A stretch of DNA of 56,796 bases from Vermamoeba vermiformis (Eukaryota): positions 1 to 56,796 of the forward strand of contig JBEWZL010000128.1 in NCBI GenBank assembly GCA_045837725.1, in the 5' to 3' direction. Position 1 is the first letter of the stretch, and the number at the start of each line of letters is the position of its first letter. Below the pieces are notes generated by a model. It did not search any database and was not told the origin of the DNA. It was given only the letters and a program-made list of their open reading frames with translations. Below are positions 11,869-23,911 of the stretch, piece by piece. Position numbers and translations under genes: made by a program.

Positions 11869-12066
11869 AGAGCTATTGTCGAATATCGCTAATAAACGTG
11901 TAAAAATACCTTGTTACCAAATTTAAATTTAGCTCAGACAGTCACGTGTTGCAAATCCTGAAACAGATTATTGGCACCTATGTCAATCATAAATTTCGTA
12001 TCTATGAACAGCAGACAACGGTGTAATATATATTTTTATTTTATATAATCAGTAGAAGCAGCATTA
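11869..12066. promoter_or_regulatory. Probable bidirectional promoter (about 200 bp) with GTCACGTG and TGTCA motifs
   Basis: Divergent ATGs at 11868(-) and 12067(+); GTCACGTG at 11941, TGTCA at 11981. Confidence 0.45.
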
Positions 12067-15000
12067 ATGTTTTTACCGCACATCGAGGCTCTGGGGTTGA
12101 TCAAACCCTCACCAGGTTCGTTAAAAAATTAAAATTGGTCCGTGGATAAAATCTAACGCATATTTTATCGTGCAGAGTCGTTTATTTTGAAAAAGTTCTC
12201 GCTGCAAGTGAAAAAGAATATAACATCTGAAGTTACTCGATTTTTACAGCAAGAAGGAATTCAAAATCAAAATGATTTATTTTCAACTCCAGGTAATATT
12301 GCTGATATAACATTTTTAATTCATTCAACTTTGATTGTCGTCGGCCGAAAAAATCTTTTAGACAGATCGATTATTTTCACGATAAATAAGTGCTTGGATG
12401 ATAATTATCAATCGAATAATGTTATTTGGAGGAATTTTACGATTACGCTCCGTAACGAATAAAATAATTTAATTATTGGATCGGAATAAAATTTAATCGG
12501 AGGTTTATTGACGATAATTTTATTAAAACAGCTCATGTACGGTGGATTTTAGAAAGTGTTGGACCTGCATTTTCTTTACCGCTCGAGGACGAAACAATTA
12601 TTGATGCCGCCGTAGATTTGTATAGACAATGGCTCTTATCGCCTCCAAATATGCGTCCGCATGGTATCAAAGAAGATGAGCAATATTTCTTTAAGGTATA
12701 CTAGATTAAGAAGCTTTTTGTGCATTTATTTCGCTCAACGTCCGCCAGTGGATGCGAAAAACAATTTTAGATCTTTAATTTCGAAGCCAATTATTTATTG
12801 TGAAAATATGATATCATCGTACTAATCACTACTGATGTAGGAAATGTTTCTGCACATGTCTTTATTATTCGCTCCTAAAGAAGCAGCAACGCCCGAAAAA
12901 TTAGCTGTTCATGTAAGTTTCAAATACAATAATGGCCTATAGAATTGATGCGCATTTTTTATTCCAACTTATTGAAGCTATTTTTACCTCACCATTTGTT
13001 TACTGAGCGATATTAAATTTAACCATGATTTGCCTTTTATGGAAAGTGCACGATGAATAGTTGCAATATTTGATTTTATGACTCGCTAACCACTCTACGT
13101 AGATTCGACTTTGCCGCGCAGTGCTCACAGTGTATTTAACATTGGCACATAAACTTGGGCCATCTTTGGCTGAAAGTACTTGGGAGGTACGTGCTAATTA
13201 ACGCATTCTTTTAATTTATATTTAGCATTGTTAAGAATTGTTATCATGCAATATGCAAATGATTTTAAGCGAGCTGAATGATTAGAGAGCAATTTATTTT
13301 TGTTTTTGAAAGCTTGCAATAGGTCAGGTTTTAATCGATTTTTCTCCAAGGCATGGTTGAAGACACTGATGGCAGTAGTCGATTGTATATATCAACGAGG
13401 CCCTAAAGACCAACTGCACATCGAATTGTTTCCTGTCGCCAATCAGGTCTTGCACGAGACCTGGTTATTGTCACGCACGACTAACAACGCGTTGTGGACT
13501 TCGTTCGGAGATTTAGCGCGCACGTGGTTGAATTCTTCCGCTGTGCTGCAGTGGTGCGCGACTTCTTTCGGCTTGACACGTGCTCAGTTGTACAGACTTT
13601 ACGGACCTGAATGGGGCACACCTAATGTTAGCTTGGAAGTAGCTCTGTAAGTAACATAACAACATAATTTTAGCCGCTAATAACATGTTTATTTAACGAA
13701 AATTTACGCTAGTGATGAAAAAACTACAGCGAAGACAACGATCGAACTCGACACGGAGACAATTTACTATTTTTGGTACAGAATGATTAGTATCCTTAAC
13801 TTACCGATAAGAAGGCACCTAATTGACTATATTAATAACCATTTATTCCTTAACTAATGCACCAGATATCATTGGAAACCTCCACACAACGTTGCGAGAT
13901 CCCGAGTTGTATCGACTGGCGTACAACGGATTGAACAAGATGGTTGACGCGTACCTTGAAGCATGCAAGAACCCGCCACCTAATGTACGTACATACGATT
14001 AGATTAATGTTAATCAAGGGACAATGCTTAATTTATGCCTTAGAAAACACCTCCTTCGGGCAACACTTTGATCCAGTTACTTGGCAAGTGGTTGTTTGAC
14101 GCAGTGTTAGAAGATAGACCTGGGTAAGTGCATATGCATATAATTATATTGTTAGTCAGAAAATCAAACCTATCGTCGAACCGAATCCGGATGCAGGTTC
14201 ATGAATTTTGTTTTGACCTTTTTTTTTAGATTCGAAGAAGGTACTTCGCTTGCAGTATCATCCCTATGCAAGATTTTCTGCTTCAGTCTCGACAGACGAT
14301 TCAGTCCGACTTACCTCTCCTTGTTCTGCTTTTCACTGAACAAAATATTGCAAAAAGACATCTCTGACAAAGTTCTCATCTCTGCTCTCGTTAATACACG
14401 GCAATTATTCACACAACAGCTTGAAGGCATTAACGTGCTCATTCCCGCGTTTTTGTATGCATTTTCGAGAGTTTGGGTACGTGCTACTTAACAGATCTGA
14501 AACGTTGTCACATCGTTACTAATAGTCCATTCATTTACATAGACTAAGACAGGCCCTGAAGCCAACGTCCGTGGTGCGTGCATTGACATTATGTCGACAA
14601 TTATTGGCATGTCCACGCACTACAAAGAGACCAAGTTGTGCAGTTTGAGTTTGCTGTACGAAATTACTTACGTCAAAGAAGAAGGCAATACCTTGCCTGC
14701 TCCTCCACATGATGTGCTTACATACGCTCAAGTAAGTATTTAACCGAAATAACTTGCTTCGAGCGTCCTACGAATCCAGATGCATTTTTCCGTTCACCTG
14801 CAAGCACCCTTCTGACCTATTTAGATTGATGCCCACCTGAGAATGCTTCTATTACGTGGTTTATCATTCGAAGAATCCTCTCGTAACTTGCAAAAGATTT
14901 TGTGGTGCATCCAGATTTTGGTGGTCGATCTTACGCTCAAGCAAACCATTTCATACGGGCGTTTGGTACGCACATACAAAGTAATATATCTATTTGCAGT

Positions 15001-18000
15001 CCATTTAAGCTAACCAGACTCAGATATCATCCGATGATGAAAAGTTTGTCAAGTACGTCGTTACACGCATTTTGAACAGCATTACTAGCGGTACATGGAG
15101 CGCTGATGTCATTCAAACATCATACCAAGTGTTGAGCTGCTTGACCCCTGTTTATCCATGCTTAGACGAGAAGAATAAGGTGAGTTTAAGACCGGTTCAG
15201 ATCCGAATCTAGATTTACCTTCTCTAATCTGGTGACTTTAATAGCTTGCTCGATTGATCATTGAAACACTGTCCAATCACGTGATCAAGTCAGTCGACAA
15301 CAGAGTCACGTGCGTAACTCAAGCACAACGAGAAGATAACGAGCGTATTATTGTCGGAGCTTATCAGTCGATTGCTGATTGGCTCGTGACAGCTGATTGG
15401 CCCAAGAAGAAAGGGTACGAATAGCTTCCTAATTTGGTAATTTCAGAACTAACATGTTCGCCAGAGTGCCTAAAAAGTTGGCCGAATTGCTCGCCAAAAC
15501 CATCACCGCCGGCTTAACAGTTAGCAAAGTAACCATTCGCACAAGAGTACAGTATTCACATACATTTACTATAACGTTAATCTTTTACTAGGACCCTTCA
15601 CCATTAAAACAAAACACTCCAACAGATCCAACGGAAGTCGATTCGCCTCGAAAGCTGTCGTCTTCTGATAAGATTAAAGACGCTGCTGAATGCGTGTTGA
15701 CAGTTTTGACACGTGTCATGGGCTCGTACCCGTCATTCGTTGGCCCTCAAAACATGTCCAGTGTTATCTCCGAAGAAGATATTTACAAGCAGATCACTCA
15801 AGAGTACGCTAAGAAACAAGTATGTTATTGCCTTATTTGGTAATCTATCCACGACTAACGACCACGTGATTGTCAGACCTCGAAGGTGTCTGCTAAGCAG
15901 TTCAATCGTATTTTCTTGCTGGACGACAGCATTATTTTGAGTGCTTTTGATTTGCCGTCTGCAACCGGAGACGAGGCCAAAGTCGTTTTGATTGTGCGCG
16001 ACAAGAGCGGTCGGTACAGTTGGACTGCTGAGTTGAAGTATTTCGACAAGTTCAGACCTAAGAACAAAGGTGCCACGACTCCCGTGCCCACCGCAAACAA
16101 TCCCAACAATCCACCTGGCTCACCGACTCCTTCAGTGTTAGACCCTGCCGAGAGCATGGTTACGAGCACTGGTTCTGAGCCAGCTGAACTCACTGACGCT
16201 GGATTCGATGATTGCGTTGATGCAGGCGACCCAGTTATCCCCGTTGAAGACGACTCTATCAACATCTTGCCTATTGATTTGCAATCGTAAGTTTTCAATA
16301 ATAAGCATGGCAAAGTAACTAACTTAAGCACCTATAGTAAAATTGTGCAAGGAGATTTCACGGAGATTCTTAGTTTTATTGAAAAGAAGCGCGGCGAACA
16401 AAAGTTGAGCGAGCAGATCTTGCAAGAGACTGCTACTCAAGTAGAAACTGAACGCGAGTACTTGAAGAAGAATCAGTATGGGTACGTCGGGCACTAACAT
16501 CATACAATATATGTTACTTATTCTCTGTTAGTATGAACCACCATGTTACCTTCCAAGTGCCCAAGAAGCGCGACATTTACGCTGGTGACTGCAAGTTCCA
16601 ACACGCTCGTATTTTCTTAAATCATTTGGGTTTATTATCTCCAAGCAATGTTGGACGATTATCAGTGCTCGATGTTAATAACACTGCATTCATGGCTGAC
16701 TTGAAGATGCTCGATCAAGTTTCTGAGTAAGTCTCAAAACTGGATCCGTTGACTTGAGAACCTTATTCTAACCACTATATGTTTTTTATAGGCGAGATTC
16801 ACTTCAAATTGGTGTTGTTTACGTCAGCAAGGGTCAGACTACTGCTGAGACCGTTTATTCGAACACATCCGCTACACGCGATTACGCTGACTTCTTGGCA
16901 TCGCTTGGCTGGTTGGTATGTAGTCTAATTTTCTGCTTTATATGATTATATGCTAAGCTTAAATAGGTGGACCTCTCCAAGCATACTGGCTTCAAGGGCG
17001 AGTTTGCAACCGAACCTGTTGCCTCGCAAGCTAACTTTAGCAACAAAGCTATTTATTACGCGAGCTACTCTACGGAACTTCTTTTTGCAGTGTCTACACT
17101 ACTGACCAGTGAGTAGAACGGATCTAATTCTGAATCCGGTTGCTGATCTCTTCGTTACTTTTTAGCGGATCCAAGTGTGAAGCCTAAAGAAGGCGAATCA
17201 TGGGTTGATATGAACCACGAACTAAGAAAGAAGATCATTGGCCATTCAAATGTAATGGTTGTTTGGATCGATGACTTTGACGATTACCGACCCAAACAAT
17301 TGGTAAGCATAATATTAATTCTACTCTTTTGTTTGGATTAGGCGATAAATATTTATAATTTTTTACGATTAGCAAACGATTGGTGTTCCCAGTTTGCTCA
17401 GATCTCATACCCCGCCACCAACACAAAAAGAAGTTTTGACCCCGAAAGAAGTTCGCATCAGCGCTGTTGTTGAAGGCGCAAGCCCACCAGCTGCTCGCGG
17501 CGACGTATCATCTTCCTCGGAAGATAAAGTGCGTAGTCCTCTCGTTAAAAAGGCCCAAGATGGCGTCGAGACCACCAAAAAGATCTCGCTATCTGACGAT
17601 AAGGTGCGTTATTTTGAACTGACATGTTATGCCGTAGATAGTACCCGAGGGCTAATATATTTATACTATAATATAGTTGACGGATCGAAGACGCAAGCAT
17701 GGATCTATTGGCCGCAGCACACCGACCAAGATTGTTGCGAGCACCAAGACTGTGACTCCAATCATCACTCGAGCTTCAGCGAACCAGACTGGTGTTCATA
17801 TTATCATCCAGCCTTTGCAATCTGGTCTTTATAGACTGCGAACTTTGCGTGATGGCCGCGTAAGTTTTTACCAATTTTATTTTTTGCGTTGTGTTCTGAT
17901 TCGGTCACATCTAGCCTGTTATGATTGGCCCTATTCTCGACAACATGATTGTCGGCAAGCACCTCTTGGCGGACCTAGTTCGTCGCACAGCAATCTTTGC

Positions 18001-18444
18001 GAATAGATTGATCCGTAGCAAGCCAGATAACCCTTGGATCTCGCCTCTCGCTGCTCGTCAAATCGCATTGCACCAATTAGCGTCAAAGTACAAGCGAGAG
18101 ATGACCTTGGAAGAGTTCTACACGTCATTGTTTATTAAGAACGGCACTGGGTATGACCGTCCTTTCGCCCTCTATATTTGGCTAATCGTAGTTTCTTATT
18201 GCAGACTACGCCCTTCGCGCTCTCAAACACGCGTCAAAGAATCTACTTTGAAGTCAAAATCTGAGCTCGAAATGCTCCAAAATGATGATAACGTATTCTC
18301 AGACGACGAAGGTAAGTTGATTAGCAAGTGCATCCGAGAGCGGATCTGATTCATTTATCTGCAGACGCCCCAAGCAGTCCTCGTACTAAGAAAGAAAAGA
18401 AAGAGCGAAAGGAAAAAGAGAAGAAAGAAAAAGAAAAGAAGTAG
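12067..18444 (+). CDS. RALGAPB: Ral GTPase-activating protein beta subunit-like (Rap/Ran-GAP family domain)
   Basis: N-terminal HVRWILESVGPAFSLPLEDETIIDAAVDLYRQWL resembles RalGAPB. VLIVRDKSGRYSW; ARIFLNHLG; GAP domain IGVVYVSKGQ...YADFLASLGWLVDLSKHTGFKG...IYYASYSTELLFAVSTLL; GPILDNMIVGKHLLADLVRRTAIFA. Lys/Glu-rich tail ends at TAG 18444. Confidence 0.8.
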
Positions 18445-18737
18445 ATCCGGCGTACGTACGTCGTTCATTTTCAAAACGTTTTATTGTACAGTGTAGAAGT
18501 TTCATTATTATAAATTAATTTGTCACTCAAAATTCAATTCATCTCTTAATATACTTATTTGAGGATACATAACAGGAAGTCCATGCAGTTTTTCGGTGCT
18601 AGCAAATCGGCAATTCAATTTTTGAAATAACTTTATTTTGTTGTTCCTGATAAATGCCGCGGTCGATATGTTTGGTGAATGATGGAGTAGGAAAAGCTAT
18701 GCGTTTGTTGGAATCGTGTAAATGAAAAACCCAAACA

Positions 18738-19837
18738 TCAGTCGTATTTGATCCAGTTCATGTTCTCCCAACAATGTTCCTCAATTGCGTCTTCCAAATC
18801 ACGGGGATAATAAGCTGCATTATTGTCCGCTAATAATTTCATTATATCGTAATTCTTCGAAAGGACTGCTGAAACGACGCAACATCGACCAACTTCTGCA
18901 TCACACTTAAATCCATATTTGAACATTTTTTTAGCTGTTCTAAGATCATTGTTTGATACTGCTTGTGTTAGGATCGTAAATAAATCAAGTTCGTCTCGTT
19001 GATCTTGCGGCAGATCCGTCATAATTACTTTGAGCGTTTTATAATCTTTTCGTTCCTGAATAATCTCTACTATATTTCTTTCATAATATTCTAAATTTGA
19101 GTAATGACCTTCTTCGATTAATTTCTTTAAAAACGCAGCATGGCCGTTTTCTAAGGCCCAAACTGTCATTTTCTGTTTCGGATCATCATCATCTCTTAGT
19201 CGCCTCCTTTCAGTGGCTGTCATTAATTAATTAATATATGCTCACGATATTATACTACAACAACGATTGAATAACCAAAAAAAATTGGTTCGAGATAGCA
19301 CGCGTTGAGACCGATCTAAAACAGCAACAAAGTAATTGTGCACTTACCTCGCATTTTATTTACTTCTGCCGTGCATGTATCATATTTTTCCTTCCACGTC
19401 AATTGCGCAAATTCGTCTTCGTCTCGATCGGGATCTTCCAAAATTGTATCATAGGAAAACGCTGAATGTCCGCCATATTCTTTCCTATATCTATACTCAT
19501 AATCGCGACCTTGCTTCTTAACGATATTGAACCATTTTGAACAGACTAGACTTGCTGCGGGCAGATCTTTCCATTTTAATAAATCAATTATGGCCTCAAT
19601 TAATTCTGGTAATTGCATTGCAACATCCACACTAAATATTAATGAGAATAAATAAATAGTACGAGGAGATCAAGCTTGAAAATCAGATTGGTAGCCGTCT
19701 GGTCCCATTTTAAAAAATACTGCATATTATTCACATAATTATTATTAATACCTTGCATTACGTTGCGAATCTATAGCTTGTTTCTTTTCTGGTGACCACA
19801 AATCTGGATCTCCAACGCGTTTCCGTTTTGGGGGCAT
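18738..19837 (-). CDS. F-box / degenerate ankyrin-repeat protein
   Basis: MPPKRKR start (NLS-like). F-box QLPELIEAIIDLLKWKDLPAASLVCSKWFNI. Ankyrin-like WALENGHAAFLKKLI, AVSNNDLRTAKKMFKYG, AVLSKNYDIMKLLADNNA. Confidence 0.75.
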
Positions 19838-20461
19838 TATTAAGAAATAATAGTGTTCTGGATGCAAGTACGATATTGATAAGGTACAGGGACGTGTGCT
19901 ATTAGATTCTACACAAAAAATTGTTTATTGCAAAATACAGAGAAAAGCATTATTTAATTAAAATGTGACTGTTGATCGGGTGAATAGAAACGCTCTGATT
20001 ACTCAGTTTTGAAATTAAAGAAACTTCGTTTGTAGTGCACTATTAATTCATCTGGCACGTGAAACTCAGTATGTTGAATATTTACTTTGAGCCGGTTGGG
20101 GTTTTTCGGCTAAGTTAGTTAGGATTTTCGGAGTCGGTGAATCCACGTTGATCTGCGAATGTAGTAGAGTGTAGTCATGGATCTCGCAAATTCTACCGGC
20201 AATGCCATACCAAAACGCAAACTTTCCGTAGAGGCCCTATGGCGCTCTTTGGCGCTGTGCAGATCCACGCGGATCAGATCTTGCGGGTCGCTTTTTCGCG
20301 ATTGAAGAGCAGGCTGTATGCGTTTGATGGCGAAATCTCGTTCAAGCGTATTGTTCGTCCCCGTGCATTCAATTGTATCATGTGTAACAACGCTGCGTTT
20401 GTTTTATCCAGATCGAAGCTCAAAAATAGACGGAGTCCGGCATTATTATCGCTCACTAGAA

Positions 20462-22786
20462 ATGGCCAGCATATTAGATACCCCTCAAGAAATATTTTAT
20501 TTAATTGCTCAATACGATCTCGATTTGTTGGACCTCAGAGTGTTGCTTTGGAGCTGTAAAACACTAAATCGGCGTGTGGGAGAAGATCTGCCGTTACAAA
20601 AATTATTTCTCGACAATACACCGTAAGAACGATATTATTACATTGCTATTGCAAGTTGTAGCAGCTTCATTCAAATTTTGAAACAAATTTAATTTTAATA
20701 TTAAGATCGGGCTTGGATTCAAATTACTCGGCGCTATACAACCATCATTATATTGGGAATCATATTAAATGCAAAATTAATTAAAAAAGGCGTCGTTACA
20801 CTGACTTCCTCAATCCAGCGTTATGCTACGCGGAGAAAGCGGTTCTGTACGACGCAAGTTCATCGAAGCAAAAACTGCAGTAAGTACCGGTTATAGTAAT
20901 ATTATTTGTATTCACGATTCCTTGTCAGTACGGCATACAGTGCAACGATCCGGATGGGGTGCTAATGAGCTTTCCGAAATTAACGCCAAAAGAGATCCTG
21001 AAGGTATTGAAAGTCGCTAACAACAAAATAACGCGCGAATTAAATCGGCAAATCATTGTCGATGACATTCTCAAGGCGGACGCTGATAAAGTGCTTGACT
21101 TCATTGTTAAGGTACCAAGATCTCGGTTGCGATTTCTTGCTTAATGATATTAATATTAATACACAGAGTTTGATCGAGAACGCTAAACCTGAAGAAAAGA
21201 ATTCTTCGATTATCGAACTTTTATCGCTTTTTTTTGGATCTTACCTTACTGATGTTTCAAAGTTGACAAAAGACGGAGCTGACGCTCGTATTAACGCCAT
21301 TATGACGAAAAAAATTATGCCTGTCTTACTAAAGTATATGCATGAGCACCAAAGCATCATTCTGGCGAGTATCATAACTGCATCCACTACCCCTGTGTCG
21401 TGGTCAAATTCAGTAAGCCAAAAAATACCTACATACATAATATATGATTATTATAATATCTTTCTAGAATCTTGCGCCGTTGGATGTGTTAGCGGTGTTG
21501 TTTAAGCTTTTCCCTACTTATCCGCAATTTAAATTCGATCTCAACGCGCCAATCAGCAGCGACAATCATCGTTCATTTGTCCCTGGCTATTTAGTAAGTT
21601 GAGCTGATTAAATTGTTATTGATCGGTAGAAATTGGTAGCTCCGGATCTACGACATTACTGCTTCTTCTGTAATATTCTAATCAGTCTATTTTACATATC
21701 AGATTCACCCGCTTGAGTTTTGTGTGGCTATCAACGCTGCTGATGCATTCACTTTCTTGATGAAGAACGGATCCAACCTCGACAAAGAGGGACCTTGCTT
21801 GCCTTTAGCATTATATAATTATCGATCGAACACAACACATCTCGTTCAAGAAATTGTTGCGTACAAATGCGGTAAGCATTGTATTATTTTAAAATCAAAT
21901 GAAATTGATTATTTTACAAGATATCAACAAACCTTTACCTGCGTACCTTCAATACGTCCAGGCAACAACCATCTTAGGATGGACGTTAGACTCATTTAAG
22001 GATGCTAGATCCCGTGTGGACCATTGGTAAGCATCTCATTTAAGCTAATGTTCAATACGAATTATTTAAATTGATGTTTAGGTTCATCGAATATTTGTTG
22101 AACAATGGTGCGAAGTTGTCGAAAGAAGAGGAAGAAAAGTTTTTGAATATAGAACCGACGCACTGGTCCTATAAAGCAGCGCATATTGCAAAACAACCCA
22201 CTGGGTACAGTACAGCGTCTCGTCGAGTGTAAGATCCACATCCAATTTTTTAGTAGGACCAAACCTCACCTCATTACCTAATTAGGAAACTTGACTTCGG
22301 CACTCGCACTAGCGTCAGATTCCAAGATCCTCATCAAGGATATACTTTGCTCTTAAACAGTACTGGCGAGTTCGAGTGTGTCTTATGTACGTACTTCTTT
22401 CTTCCTAAAAAGGAAATAATAGACATTTCAGACTTTGTTTAAAATTTAAATATATATATTTTACTAATGCTATTTGGAAGCTGGCACGTATACGGGCAAT
22501 TGGATCCCGGGCAATCAAAAGGGCACGATTGTTTGTAAATCAGCGAAGAGGCGACAATTTATCAGCTGGGGCAGTTATGGCTATGGTGGTAGGGAAGAAG
22601 TTGTTAATGACGAATGTATATTCAACTTTTACGTGGTTTTGTAAGGACAGATGATCGAAATTTACTCGGTTGTTACGCGAATTAATATTCTATTTTAGAA
22701 TGTACGATGATACGATAGCTGTTATGCTCGAATGCGTTCCACAAGGTTCATTCACTAATTATAGGGATTTGTGGAGAGCTTATTAG
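20462..22786 (+). CDS. F-box protein with ankyrin-like helices and an unknown beta-rich C-terminal domain
   Basis: MASILDTPQEIFYLIAQYDLDLLDLRVLLWSCKTLNRRV (F-box-like); PLEFCVAINAADAFTFLMKNGSNLD (ankyrin-like). Multiple GT-AG exons; stop position approximate. Confidence 0.6.
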
Positions 22787-23321
22787 TAAAGCAGCGCTGC
22801 GTTCAACTCTCGAAATAGCCAACTTTTGAAAGCCTCAATCGTACAATTAGTAGTCCATTTAATTACAGCACCTACAGCTGCTCGAACTTAGTTGCCGAGC
22901 ATCCAAGTTACAGTTTGACAGTCACATAACTCCGGATGAGAAGCCCTTGAAGTTGCACCAACACGTTTGATCCAATAGCCGAAGCTCGCAATTATTTGAC
23001 CCACGATGATTCCATAGTTTTTTGAATCAAATGTTGTGATCACTGCACCTCATAGTAGTTATGATAATAGATGACTATGACCACGTGTCACGAAAATTTG
23101 ACGAATGTCACGTAGGTAACTCAGATCCGAAATAATTGAAGAACGCCTGCGTTTCTCGATTCATGCTGCTCTAGTGTGCCAAAAGATCAACATGATTTCG
23201 TGCTTACATGTCAAGTTTAAGCAGGTCAGAATCAGGCGTTCGCCGTCGGTTTTTTCTTGATGTCCATAAGTCACGTGGAGGAATTGCTAATTTGAACCGA
23301 AGCGCAGCAACACGACTCGAC

Positions 23322-23744
23322 ATGGCAGAGGTACGTGCTGCATAATCATTGTAAATTTGAAGTGAAGTTGATTTCTAACGCGAGAACAGATCACCCTCAA
23401 AATTGAAACCGGCTACTCCGGCGGTGCCCCTCCTAACAGAAGATATAGAGCGCTGAAGCACTATGAAGTGAAGGTAATCAAGTAGACTCAAGGTTAAACG
23501 AACGAATTTAAGAACACAGAATAATTTCGGAATTTAAAGATCCATAATTTTCGTTTCTTATCTCTCTAAACAGATATCGCCGGATGCAACTATGAAAGAA
23601 TTAAAGGACCTTATTAAAAAAACCGCCAATGAAGCTCAGGTCGACTATTCTCCCGAGTTTCGAGGTTCGCTAACCAAATCCGTGGCACAAGCTGGCTTAG
23701 TTAACGGAAGCGTGCTGCAATTTCAAAATGGAATGAGAGATTAA
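23322..23744 (+). CDS. Small stand-alone ubiquitin-like (beta-grasp) protein, 87 aa, 3 exons
   Basis: Exons 23322-23330, 23390-23473, 23574-23744 splice in frame: MAE|ITLKIETGYSGGAPPNRRYRALKHYEVK|ISPDATMKELKDLIKKTANEAQVDYSPEFRGSLTKSVAQAGLVNGSVLQFQNGMRD. The motifs V.I.PD.T..ELK..I and KSV.Q.GL.NGSVL are UBL-like. Confidence 0.7.
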
Positions 23745-23911
23745 TCACCACCTTGTATTATTTATCACCCTTAAATCAAAATAAACCTTCGGTGAATTTC
23801 GTTGGGACACGAAGATTTTTCGCGGTACTTGCAGGTCCCATCGATCAAATAACAAAAAAAAAAGGTTAAAATGCTCGATACTACAAAACAACATCAGATC
23901 TGGCATCACAA

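Noticed and set aside
20177..20559. ORFs upstream of the F-box gene at 20462
   Set aside because: No recognisable motif or consistent splice path; treated as UTR or intergenic.
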